This document shows positions 34,105-42,913 of a stretch of DNA of 64,000 bases, piece after piece. The DNA is taken from positions 41,891 to 105,890 of the forward strand of contig CAXRAL010000007.1 of the NCBI GenBank assembly GCA_964228815.1, in the 5' to 3' direction. Each line of letters starts with the position of its first letter. The first letter of the stretch is position 1. This DNA is from Candidatus Poseidoniaceae archaeon (GTDB lineage Archaea > Thermoplasmatota > Poseidoniia > Poseidoniales > Poseidoniaceae). The notes beneath the pieces are model-generated. The model was not told the origin of the DNA and searched no databases. It saw nothing but the letters and a program-made list of their open reading frames with translations. The position numbers were made by a program, and so were the translations under genes.

Positions 34105-35304
34105 ATGGTGGACTATCTTGACCGCATCGGCGCTGGGCTCATCATCGCCCATCCAGAGATGTTGGATTTTGACTACGTCCCTGATGAACTGGTCGGCCGA
34201 GAGGACATCCAACGTGAGTTGGCGTCAAAATTCTCCAACGTGGCCTCACCCGAAGGGGCCGCACGAGCGGTGATCACCGGGCCGGTGGGCAGCGGAAAAA
34301 CGGTGCTCGCCAAAACCTTCTGCAGGGACCTGCAACGGCATCTTGCTGGAAAGCGTGAACTCAAGGTGGCGCACATCAACTGCCGAAACGCCTCCACCAG
34401 CATGCGAGTGGCGCAACGCATCCTTCACCAGTTTGACCCGGGTCATCCCGACCGAGGCCTCTCGCTCGGTGAAATGCTGCTCAGCCTGCGAAAGATGCTA
34501 CGCCGAACATCAACCCACCTCATCGTGGTGCTGGATGAAGTGGACCACATGCTGCGCCGATCCGGAGATGAATTGCTCTACCAGCTGCTTCGCATCGACG
34601 AAGACCAAGAGGGAACGGGAACGATTTCCCTGATGCTCATCAGCCAGGAGCAGGTGCTTGACGTTCTCGAGACCGCCGTCATTTCCAAGTTCGGCCAGTC
34701 CAATCACCTTCGCATCCCACCCTACACCGTGGATGGCCTCGAAGCCATTGCCCTGCAACGAGCCGAAGTGGCGCTGGTTCCGGGAACGTACACCGAAGCC
34801 ACCGTTCGCCTGCTCGCCGAGCGAGCCGCACCGAGCGGCGATGCACGCCGCGTGATTGAATACCTGAGCGCTGCGGCTGAGCGATGCGAATTCCGCCAGG
34901 ACAAGTACACGGAACGCCTCATCAGCGTCGAGGATGTTCACGCCATGAACGACAACGTCGCCCTTGACACCACTGCTCGCTTGGAGGTGGTCGACGACCT
35001 CGCCCCGCAAGGCATGCTGGTGCTGCTCGCCATGTGCAGGCGCCTCCGGACGGAGGAAACCATGACGATGGGCGATGTTGAGCGGCTTTACGCCGTGGTC
35101 TGCGAAGAGTACGAGCAAAAGCCGAAAAGCCACACGACGCTTTGGAAATACGCCAAACTCATCGAGCAAGAAGGCATCATCGCCACCCGCGTGGCCACCG
35201 TACCAGGTGGTCGAGGACGAACAACGCACCTGAGCATGCCACACTTCCTCCCGGCCGACATCGCCAGCCGTCTCGAACTGCTCCTCCCGAAGCGACTTCG
35301 CTGA
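34105..35304 (+). CDS. cdc6: Orc1/Cdc6 replication initiation protein
   Basis: DYVPDELVGRE, GPVGSGKT, HINC, VLDEVD, PPY, GDARR and C-terminal wHTH with GRGRT. Confidence 0.93.
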   Translation: MVDYLDRIGAGLIIAHPEMLDFDYVPDELVGREDIQRELASKFSNVASPEGAARAVITGPVGSGKTVLAKTFCRDLQRHLAGKRELKVAHINCRNASTSMRVAQRILHQFDPGHPDRGLSLGEMLLSLRKMLRRTSTHLIVVLDEVDHMLRRSGDELLYQLLRIDEDQEGTGTISLMLISQEQVLDVLETAVISKFGQSNHLRIPPYTVDGLEAIALQRAEVALVPGTYTEATVRLLAERAAPSGDARRVIEYLSAAAERCEFRQDKYTERLISVEDVHAMNDNVALDTTARLEVVDDLAPQGMLVLLAMCRRLRTEETMTMGDVERLYAVVCEEYEQKPKSHTTLWKYAKLIEQEGIIATRVATVPGGRGRTTHLSMPHFLPADIASRLELLLPKRLR

Positions 35305-35377
35305 CCTTGGCGGCGGTGAGGTAGACGATGGGGCTAAATACGGGTCTTTTGTCGGACAAATCCCGAGAGGTGCTACC

Positions 35378-35854
35378 ATGGCAGAATTCATCGCAGTCGT
35401 CAACGACACTGACGCCAAGAACGGCGGCAAATCCTACGCTCTGAAAATCACCGGCAACAACCACGCCCAGATGCTCGGAAAGCGCATCGGCGACGTCGTC
35501 GACGGCCTGTTTGTTGGCGAAGGCGACAAGACGCTGTCCGGCTACAAACTTGAAATCACGGGCGGTTCCGACAAGACCGGCACCCCCATGCGTCGAGACC
35601 TTGAAGGCGGCAACCGCCAATCCATCCTCGTCACCCAGTCAACGGGATACAAGGGCGAAGTCATCGTCAACAAGAAGAAGAGCGGTGAACAGAAGCGTTT
35701 CCGATACAAGCCCGATGGTCTGCGAAAGCGACGAAACTTCCGTGGCAACACGGTCACCCAAGACACTCGTCAAATCAACCTCAAAGTGGTCGAAGCCGGC
35801 AAAAAGCCACTCGCCACCATCCTCGCTGCTGAGGGCGAGGAAGCATCGGAGTGA
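35378..35854 (+). CDS. rps6e: 30S ribosomal protein S6e
   Basis: GKRIGD, LEITGGSDKTGTPMR, GLRKRRNFRGN and QINLKV. Confidence 0.95.
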   Translation: MAEFIAVVNDTDAKNGGKSYALKITGNNHAQMLGKRIGDVVDGLFVGEGDKTLSGYKLEITGGSDKTGTPMRRDLEGGNRQSILVTQSTGYKGEVIVNKKKSGEQKRFRYKPDGLRKRRNFRGNTVTQDTRQINLKVVEAGKKPLATILAAEGEEASE

Positions 35855-35893
35855 ACCCGAGAGGGCAATCGCACGACATAGGGAGGGGGAAGC

Positions 35894-37132
35894 ATGGCAC
35901 GAAAGCTTCCCGCTCAACCCGAGGTCAACATTGGCTTGGTCGGTCACGTCGACCACGGAAAAACCACGCTGACCCAAGCGCTGTCCGGCGTGTGGACCGA
36001 CACCCACTCCGAAGAACGTAAGCGAGGCATCTCGATCAAACTCGGCTACGCCGACACGGCGTTCTACAAAGACGACAGCGGTCAGTACTACGCCACGGGC
36101 AAGCGACCGGATGGCGGCGATGACGTTGAAGGTGAGTTGGAGCGTGTGGTGTCCTTCGTTGATGCCCCAGGCCACGAGACACTGATGGCCATCATGATCA
36201 CCGGGGCCTCCATCATGGACGGTGCCATGTTGATGGTGGCCGCCAACGAAACGTGCCCTCAACCCCAAACCCGAGAACATCTCATGGCCCTGGAAATTGC
36301 TGGCATCGAGAACATCGTCATCGTTCAGAACAAGATCGACCTGGTCTCGAAGGAGCGGGCCATGGAATCTCACGCCGAGATCAAAGCCTTCCTCAATGGC
36401 ACCATCGCCGAAAACGCACCCATCATTCCCGTTTCAGCGCACCACGACGTGAACCTCGACATCCTCATCCACGCCATTGAGGCCACCATTCCAACACCCG
36501 ACCGATCCAAGGACAAGCGCTCCATCATGCACGTTGCTCGTTCCTTCGACATCAACCGCCCCGGTACACGCCCGACCAAGCTTCGAGGCGGCGTCATTGG
36601 CGGCAGCATCGTGGAAGGTGAGTTTTCCGAAGGCGATGAAATCATCATCGGACCCGGTCGAAAAATCGAGAAGGGCAACAAATCCGTGTGGGAACCGATC
36701 GAAGCGGTGGTCAGCAGCATGCAAGGCGGTGGATTGAACCTTGACACCATGCACGCAGGAGGCCTCTGTGGCATGGCCACGTTCCTCGACCCCTCCATCA
36801 CGACCTCGGACAACCTTTCCGGCCAAGTCGTTGCTCGTAAAGGCGATCTTCCCGAAGTTCACAACAGCGTGTCCATCGAGGTCAACCTCATGCAACACAT
36901 GGTCGCTGGTGACGGTGAATCGCCCGAAAAAATTCACCCGCTTCGCAACAACGAGATGCTGATGCTCAACGTGGCCACCGCCACCTCGGTGGGCGTGACT
37001 CGAAACGCTGAGAAAGGCAAGACTGACCTCGATTTACGCTTGCCCATTTGTGCAGACAAAGGTCAGCGCATCTCGCTTTCACGTCGCATCGGCTCTCGCT
37101 GGCGCCTGATCGGCTACGGTACCATCGTGTGA
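35894..37132 (+). CDS. eif2g: Translation initiation factor aIF2 gamma subunit
   Basis: QPEVNIGLVGHVDHGKTTL, RGISIKLGY, DAPGHE, QNKID and RWRLIGYG. Confidence 0.97.
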   Translation: MARKLPAQPEVNIGLVGHVDHGKTTLTQALSGVWTDTHSEERKRGISIKLGYADTAFYKDDSGQYYATGKRPDGGDDVEGELERVVSFVDAPGHETLMAIMITGASIMDGAMLMVAANETCPQPQTREHLMALEIAGIENIVIVQNKIDLVSKERAMESHAEIKAFLNGTIAENAPIIPVSAHHDVNLDILIHAIEATIPTPDRSKDKRSIMHVARSFDINRPGTRPTKLRGGVIGGSIVEGEFSEGDEIIIGPGRKIEKGNKSVWEPIEAVVSSMQGGGLNLDTMHAGGLCGMATFLDPSITTSDNLSGQVVARKGDLPEVHNSVSIEVNLMQHMVAGDGESPEKIHPLRNNEMLMLNVATATSVGVTRNAEKGKTDLDLRLPICADKGQRISLSRRIGSRWRLIGYGTIV

Positions 37133-37142
37133 GGCCGAAGCC

Positions 37143-37520
37143 ATGCAGCACGTGCTCATCGATGCGTGCGGATGGGTGGCCTGCATGGAGGCCGGATTAA
37201 ACGTTGAGCGCGACCTCGAAGCCCTGCTCGGTCCGTGCTCTTGGGTGCTGCTCCCGCATGTGGAGAAGGAACTCGAGGAGCTCGAACGTGGGCGTCCAAA
37301 GAAGAAATCCCTGCTCCTGAGCCTGTTGCGATCCCGAGCCAACAGGTTGGAAGGGCAACCAGGCGGTCACACCGATGACGTTCTTCTGGCGTGCGCCATG
37401 GAACACAACTGGGCCACGCTGACCGTGGACACGGCCCTGAAACGTCGCCTCTACGAGGCGAACCTACCGGTCATTGAAGTCCGGCAGAACAACCATCTCC
37501 ACCTAGTCGATTCGCTATAG
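37143..37520 (+). CDS. PIN-domain protein (Fcf1/Utp24-like)
   Basis: VLIDAC, V.KELEEL, TDDVLL and TVDTALKRRL. Conserved position after aIF2-gamma in archaea. Confidence 0.8.
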   Translation: MQHVLIDACGWVACMEAGLNVERDLEALLGPCSWVLLPHVEKELEELERGRPKKKSLLLSLLRSRANRLEGQPGGHTDDVLLACAMEHNWATLTVDTALKRRLYEANLPVIEVRQNNHLHLVDSL

Positions 37521-37525
37521 AACGA

Positions 37526-37825
37526 TTATGGTAGCGTGAACAAGACGTCATCATCGTGCCCGTCAAGCCAACCAATTTTCACCCCGGCATCAATCCAAGC
37601 ATGGGCGTAGTTAATGGCGCCAAAGGCGCGAACGAGGTCGCCGGTCTTGAGGAAATGTTGAGCGTCGGAAGCGTAGTCGTCAGCCATGCGAAGCATCACG
37701 GCGAGATGGACTCCTTCTTCGGAAGGGGCTTCTACCAGCGGTGTGGCTTTGGCACGTGCCCGTCGGGTGATGTCGAGGTAGGATTCAACTCGCTCAACCG
37801 TGAGCGAGGTCAAGTCCTCGCTCAT
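37526..37825 (-). CDS. DUF357-family protein
   Basis: YASDAQHFLKTGDLVRAFGAINYAHAWIDAG signature. Confidence 0.88.
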   Translation of the reverse strand: MSEDLTSLTVERVESYLDITRRARAKATPLVEAPSEEGVHLAVMLRMADDYASDAQHFLKTGDLVRAFGAINYAHAWIDAGVKIGWLDGHDDDVLFTLP

Positions 37826-38874
37826 TCGCCGCCCTCCTTTTGTCGCTTCAACAAGCGTCGAGCATCTTCCGTGCGCCCCAGCGACTCGTAGAGCTCAATC
37901 GCCAGGGACAATTTTCCAAGATCTTCAGCTTCTTGGGCTCGTACGAACATCTGACGACGTTCCTCCCAATTTCGTGCCATGGCGGCTTGTGCTGCGGCTT
38001 TGTATCGGCCTTCCCGTTCTGCATCCGCGAGATGAGGGGCGGTCCATCGCCGCAGAAGCCCTTCTCGGGTGGCCGTGATCATGGCGTCGGGTGTGCACAG
38101 CACCAGCAGGTCGCCGAGGTTCATGCCCTCAGTCAATGGAACCTCGTCCCCTTCTTGGCTTGGGCCTTCGGTCATGGAGATGAGGTGGCCTTCAATGCCG
38201 AGCACCCACCAGCCATCGCCGCTACGAACCGCCCCCATGGGCTCGAGACTGTCGTATTCCAACCGGTTGAGCATGTCCCAACCAAAGGGATGAGGAACGC
38301 CCTCCCACAGCCCGCCATCGCTGCTCTGCAACAACAGTCGACCCTCTGCAAGGGTGGAACACCAACTCCATGAACGGTCTTCCAGCTTTCGTTTGCGGTC
38401 ATCGCCCGTCAATCGTCCACACCACAGGTGGCCATCAGGATCCTGCCAGAGCAGGTGCTCTCTGTCCAACCAACCCACCAACCGACGTACAGGTCCGCTG
38501 TCGACCCGACGGATGCCACGGCCCTGCTGTGAAAAGAGGTGAATCTCCCCTCGGCGACCTGCAAGCGCCCAGCCACCGCCTGGCCGAGGGGCCAAGTCGC
38601 TGAAACCACCCGGGGCGCTTCGCCCCTCGTTGACCATCGAACCATCGTTGGTGTTGACCAAGTAAAACCCGTGAGCAGCGAGCAGTCCCACGGCGCCTTG
38701 TGTGGCTTTTGCTGCATGAACCTTGAATGGTACATCGACCGACCATCGACGGCCTCCATCGGCTTCCAGCAACTCAAGTTGAAGGCCTGAGCTCACCAAA
38801 ACTCCACCTTCCACGGCGGCGATGGTGGCCACGCGCTCGTTGGCTTGCCAGGACCATGCAATGTTCCACGTCAC
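37822..38874 (-). CDS. Hypothetical beta-propeller-like protein with C-terminal TPR-like helical hairpin
   Basis: Trp/Gly-rich repeated beta units (e.g. QSSDGGLW, ATREGLLRRW) and helical tail AQEAEDLGKLSLAIELYESLG. 4-bp overlaps with both neighbours. Confidence 0.65.
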   Translation of the reverse strand: MTWNIAWSWQANERVATIAAVEGGVLVSSGLQLELLEADGGRRWSVDVPFKVHAAKATQGAVGLLAAHGFYLVNTNDGSMVNEGRSAPGGFSDLAPRPGGGWALAGRRGEIHLFSQQGRGIRRVDSGPVRRLVGWLDREHLLWQDPDGHLWCGRLTGDDRKRKLEDRSWSWCSTLAEGRLLLQSSDGGLWEGVPHPFGWDMLNRLEYDSLEPMGAVRSGDGWWVLGIEGHLISMTEGPSQEGDEVPLTEGMNLGDLLVLCTPDAMITATREGLLRRWTAPHLADAEREGRYKAAAQAAMARNWEERRQMFVRAQEAEDLGKLSLAIELYESLGRTEDARRLLKRQKEGGE

Positions 38875-40757
38875 TGAACCTCACCTCCACTGATGGCACC
38901 CCATGCCATGAGTTGCGCCCTTGCTGCTTGTGTAAGTGAATACTTGCGTGAGCGCCCTACTTGGCGAGCCTGCAGGATGCCGTGCTTCAACAAACGGTTG
39001 CTGATTTGAGAAAGACGAGCGCGTTTGATGTTCATGTGCGCCAGCATGTCCACGTCGGAGGGTGAGTAGGCACGTTGGTGTGCCAGCGCCACAACATAAC
39101 TCTCATTCGAATTCAAGGAACCCAGCAGGTGCTTGTTGAGGGCATAGGACTCGTTCGGCCCTGTGCGTTCTCGAATTCGGCTTTGAAGAAAGGCCAGAAG
39201 ACCTTCGTGGTGAGCGTTGGAGGTTGGTGAGACTGTGCTCAACAGATCAGCGAGCACCGACAGCACCGCTTGATTCGTCAGTGGTTCGGCCTCGGCGGGC
39301 TTTATCGAGTGAACCGGAGTTTCATTGAAAACAACCGTTGACACCTCCTCTTCAGCCTCATCCAGCATCCCAATTTCGTCATGGAGGAGCATGGCCGATT
39401 CCTCCTCAGGGATGTCCTCAGGCGGTGAGGGAGGAAGAAGGTCTTCAGCCACCCAGTACTGGAACTCCGTGGATGTTGCAATGAGCTCTTGAGAATGAGG
39501 CTCTTCCTCCTCATCACCGGATTCCGTGGCTGTATTGGCGTCCTTGTTTCGGTTGGCCAAGCCTTTGAACATCCCGTGAATCGGCGTCCGGCCCCCCAGT
39601 GCCTGGTCTGCATCAATGATGGGGGGATTGAGGGGGTTGGCTTGCAGCGGTTCGTCCTTTTCTTGTTCCTCACTCAACCGGTCCATGTCCAACTCAAAGC
39701 CTGCCAGTGCCGGAGGTGCATGGGCCGAGGCACCCGCCTCTGTGCTGCTGGAAAGCGGCGGGCGTTGATTCCACGGCATCGAGGCATCAATCACGTCGGA
39801 GGAAGCTTGCCCAGCCTCGCCACCAACCACAGGCTCATTGTTCGTTTGTTCCGCCCCAATGTCTGTGGGTCCAACGTCGTCCTCCCATGCCTCGTTCGCG
39901 ACCGTTTCATGGCCCGAGGCCGTTGCCTCATCGTTCCCCATCAAACGGTAGAGCCGTTCGGGTTCATCCCGAGGTTGAATCCTGGCAGAGGTATCGAGGT
40001 AGGGCGCGGGTGCACCGTTTGATTGGCGCATGCGAATGCTGTCCACCGCATCACGAAGGATGGTGATAACCGATGCAGGATACCCATCGCACTCATCGAG
40101 GATGGTCGCAGCATCTTGCATGGTGAACGCACTGTCCATGACACCGACGGAGGCAAGACGTTGTTGCACCAGCGCCATCACATCGTTGGCCGTGAACGGA
40201 GGAAGTCGAAACAACTCAAACCCGTCCACGACGGCACTTGGCAGGTGATGACGCTCCTTGATGTCACATACCAGCACGAGCAAAGCGTTGAGCCGCTCAA
40301 GCGATGAATGGGCATCACGGAGGGCGACTTCCAACACCGAGAGGTCGCTGGCCGGAACGTCAATCACGATCATTGGCAATTTGTCGTTGTAGGAGTACAT
40401 CTCGTTCACCAGCTCGGTGACCAACTCGGTTCGATTGACTGGTGGCTCCCCACCGATCATTTGCCGATAGCACATGCTCAGCAGTGACGCCGCTGGGGAA
40501 TGCGCAGGGAGGTGGTCGATGGTCGCCACGGCTGCCGCATAGGTTTTCAGGCAACTCACAAGCGACGTCCGACCTGAACCCAACGGACCCAGCAGCATCA
40601 CGCGACGAGCGGAGCGGAAGCGCAAGAAATTCTGGAGACGAGTAAAGAGGTCGTCCCGTCCGATCAGTTTACCCGACTCTCCGGGTTCAAGAGGGCGGAT
40701 GGAAAACGGATTTTCCTCCAGGCAAGGTAAGCCGTAAGCATAGGTTTCTCGAACCAT
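38871..40757 (-). CDS. Degenerate AAA+ ATPase with long acidic linker and C-terminal winged-helix DNA-binding domain
   Basis: NPF, LIGRDD, Walker A GPLGSGRTS, Walker B MIVIDV, LPPF and GYP; about 300-aa low-complexity acidic region; wHTH 'MNIKRARLSQISNRLLKHGILQARQVGRSRKYSLT'. Start placed at ATG 40757. Confidence 0.75.
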   Translation of the reverse strand: MVRETYAYGLPCLEENPFSIRPLEPGESGKLIGRDDLFTRLQNFLRFRSARRVMLLGPLGSGRTSLVSCLKTYAAAVATIDHLPAHSPAASLLSMCYRQMIGGEPPVNRTELVTELVNEMYSYNDKLPMIVIDVPASDLSVLEVALRDAHSSLERLNALLVLVCDIKERHHLPSAVVDGFELFRLPPFTANDVMALVQQRLASVGVMDSAFTMQDAATILDECDGYPASVITILRDAVDSIRMRQSNGAPAPYLDTSARIQPRDEPERLYRLMGNDEATASGHETVANEAWEDDVGPTDIGAEQTNNEPVVGGEAGQASSDVIDASMPWNQRPPLSSSTEAGASAHAPPALAGFELDMDRLSEEQEKDEPLQANPLNPPIIDADQALGGRTPIHGMFKGLANRNKDANTATESGDEEEEPHSQELIATSTEFQYWVAEDLLPPSPPEDIPEEESAMLLHDEIGMLDEAEEEVSTVVFNETPVHSIKPAEAEPLTNQAVLSVLADLLSTVSPTSNAHHEGLLAFLQSRIRERTGPNESYALNKHLLGSLNSNESYVVALAHQRAYSPSDVDMLAHMNIKRARLSQISNRLLKHGILQARQVGRSRKYSLTQAARAQLMAWGAISGGEVQ

Positions 40758-40815
40758 GGCCGAGCAACTTTCTCCAAGTATATGATGTTTCAGCGTGCCA
40801 TGAGCGCCCCCAAGA

Positions 40816-40919
40816 GCGTTACGACATGTTAATCGCTTCACGGAAGAGAAGAAACACGAGGATTTAACGCCGCATTAACGCCATATTAACGCGTTAGCAG
40901 ATGTGTTAATTGCGTTAAC
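40816..40919. repeat. Dyad-symmetric heptamer array (TTAACGC x3 at 11-bp period, then three inverted copies)
   Basis: TTAACGC at 40864, 40875 and 40886; inverted GCGTTAG 40891, GTGTTAA 40903 and GCGTTAA 40912; outlying GCGTTAC 40816 and ATGTTAA 40826. Confidence 0.85.
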
Positions 40920-40952
40920 AATGCTCAACGGGCGAGGCCCGTTCAGCGATTG
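40919..40952. other. Long inverted repeat / hairpin
   Basis: CAAT-GCT-C-AACGGGC [GAG] GCCCGTT-C-AGC-G-ATTG gives 14 pairs with one mismatch and one bulge. Confidence 0.7.
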
Positions 40953-40991
40953 ATTCAAGGAACGAAGGCCCCACCCACCAACGGGAGCGAC

Positions 40992-42290
40992 ATGCCGGTT
41001 GAGAACAGTCGAGTCAAAGGATTGTACAAACTCAGCGTCGAGGAACGCCGTTCCTTGGTGGCAGAAGCCGCCAACCTCTCGGATGCTCATGTCGCCGCCT
41101 TGGCCGCCCATGGCGAATTGGATGAAACCGCAGCCGATCGCATGATTGAGAACGTGATCGGCACCATGTCGCTCCCGGTGGGCGTTGCCACGAACTTTGT
41201 CATTGATGGTGCTCATTACCTCATTCCGTTCTGCCTGGAGGAGTCCAGCGTGGTTGCAGCCGCATCAAACATGGCCAAGCGTTGTCTCAGCCACGGCGGG
41301 TTCACCACCAACAACGATGCACCCGTCATGATCGGTCAAATTCAACTCTTGGACGTCGACGATCATGAGCAAGCAACCACTCACATCAAAGACGCCAAAG
41401 ACGAATTAATGGCGTTCTGCAACGACATCCCATCCCGCATGATCGCCATGGGCGGAGGGTGCAAAAACATCGAGATTCGGCGCCTACCTTCCCCCATGGG
41501 CGAGATGCTGATCGTCCATTTGTTGGTGGATTGCAGGGACGCCATGGGCGCCAATGCGGTGAACACCATGGCAGAACGTGTGGCACCTCGCTTGGAGGCA
41601 TTGACCGGCGGTCGTGCTCACCTCCGTATCCTCTCCAACCTTGCAGGCCACCGTCTGGCCCGCGTACAAGCCGTGTTCACTCCTGAAGAAATGGCATCCG
41701 ATGGCACCCAAGAGGACGGCTTGGCAGTCATTCAAGGCATCCTTGAGGCCCACGCCTTTGCTGTGGAAGACCCGTTTCGTGCCACGACGCACAACAAAGG
41801 CGTCATGAACGCCATCAGCAGCGTAGCGCTCGCCTGTGGCCAGGATTGGCGGGCGATTGAAGCGGGCTGCCATGCTTGGACGACCATGGCCGACGGCCGC
41901 TACACGTCCATGTCGGATTGGACACAGGACAGCGAAGGCAACCTGGTCGGAAGCATGGACCTCCCGATGGCCGTTGGTATCGTTGGCGGTGCCTCGAAAG
42001 TACACCCCGCTGCTCAAGCCAACCTCGCCATCCTGGGTGTCGAAACGGCTCAGGAATTGGCTGGCATCATCCTGTGCGCTGGTTTGGCCCAGAATTTAGG
42101 AGCCCTTCGTGCCCTTTCAACCAAGGGCATCCAAGCCGGCCACATGAAACTCCACGCCAAGAACATGGCCGTCAGCGCTGGAGCGGAAGGTGAAGAGGTG
42201 GAACTGTTGGCTGCTCGACTTCAAGCCCATGAAGGACACCGCACGCAAACCTTGGTTGAATCGTGGCTCAAGGAGCTCAGAGGCGAGTGA
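40992..42290 (+). CDS. hmgA: HMG-CoA reductase, class II (bacterial-type)
   Basis: MIENVIG, EESSVVAAAS, DAMGANAVN, ILSNL, RATTHNKG, GQDWRAIEAG and GIQAGHMKLH. Confidence 0.95.
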   Translation: MPVENSRVKGLYKLSVEERRSLVAEAANLSDAHVAALAAHGELDETAADRMIENVIGTMSLPVGVATNFVIDGAHYLIPFCLEESSVVAAASNMAKRCLSHGGFTTNNDAPVMIGQIQLLDVDDHEQATTHIKDAKDELMAFCNDIPSRMIAMGGGCKNIEIRRLPSPMGEMLIVHLLVDCRDAMGANAVNTMAERVAPRLEALTGGRAHLRILSNLAGHRLARVQAVFTPEEMASDGTQEDGLAVIQGILEAHAFAVEDPFRATTHNKGVMNAISSVALACGQDWRAIEAGCHAWTTMADGRYTSMSDWTQDSEGNLVGSMDLPMAVGIVGGASKVHPAAQANLAILGVETAQELAGIILCAGLAQNLGALRALSTKGIQAGHMKLHAKNMAVSAGAEGEEVELLAARLQAHEGHRTQTLVESWLKELRGE

Positions 42291-42292
42291 AC

Positions 42293-42904
42293 TCACTCTT
42301 CCTCGACGACGGGGAGTGAAGACTGGACCGTGCCGTCTTCATCGGATTCCCCCCTCAGGATTTCCTTGCTGTCGCCCAACTCATCCAACAGACCGCTGGA
42401 TTGGACTTGTTCTCTAAACCACGCTTTGACCTTTTTTCGGTCCGTGTGTGGGCATCCAAAGGCCTCTGAAAATCGACGCGTGGTTGCCAAGCGGCGAGTG
42501 TTGCCGTCTTTTCGACGGTCGATCATGCCGTGTTGAGCGAGTTCACGAACGTAATCGTACGCCTTCTGTCCGAGCAACTCCACCAGTCGAGATTGTGGCA
42601 TGGGCTGATGGTACGCGATGAGCGCAGCCGCTTTGAGCAACTTGGGCGGCATGTCGGTTTTCGTCTCGCGAGGTAAATGCGAGGCAATGGCGGGCTTGAC
42701 CTCGAGGGCCCAACGGTCGCCAACTTCCGCCAGTTGGAGAGCTCCTCCTTTGCGTCGCTTGAGGGTGGCCTGAAGGGAACCAAGGCAATCGAGCATCTCG
42801 TCTTCATCGTAGCCCAAGACCTTGGACAATTCCTCGACGGACATGGACTTGCCCGAACTGAACAGGGTTGCTTCAATCAGGGATTCCAACGGTAATTCGG
42901 CCAT
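42293..42904 (-). CDS. scpB: SMC-Scp complex subunit ScpB
   Basis: IEATLFSSG, ALIAYHQP and TTRRFSEAFG; adjacent to scpA and smc. Confidence 0.92.
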   Translation of the reverse strand: MAELPLESLIEATLFSSGKSMSVEELSKVLGYDEDEMLDCLGSLQATLKRRKGGALQLAEVGDRWALEVKPAIASHLPRETKTDMPPKLLKAAALIAYHQPMPQSRLVELLGQKAYDYVRELAQHGMIDRRKDGNTRRLATTRRFSEAFGCPHTDRKKVKAWFREQVQSSGLLDELGDSKEILRGESDEDGTVQSSLPVVEEE

Positions 42905-42913
42905 GTCTTTCCC

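Noticed and set aside
34105..35304. Cdc6 lacking an obvious arginine finger (ETAVISKF)
   Set aside because: Walker A/B and sensor II are intact and this segment varies among archaeal Cdc6 proteins; not assessable without an alignment.
40864..40918. Heptamer array as a CRISPR remnant
   Set aside because: The units are 7 bp with 2-5 bp gaps, far from CRISPR repeat/spacer sizes, and there are no cas genes.
40992..42290. Bacterial-type HMG-CoA reductase (and gyrase) in an archaeon as a novelty
   Set aside because: Both are established acquisitions in Thermoplasmatota and other euryarchaea.
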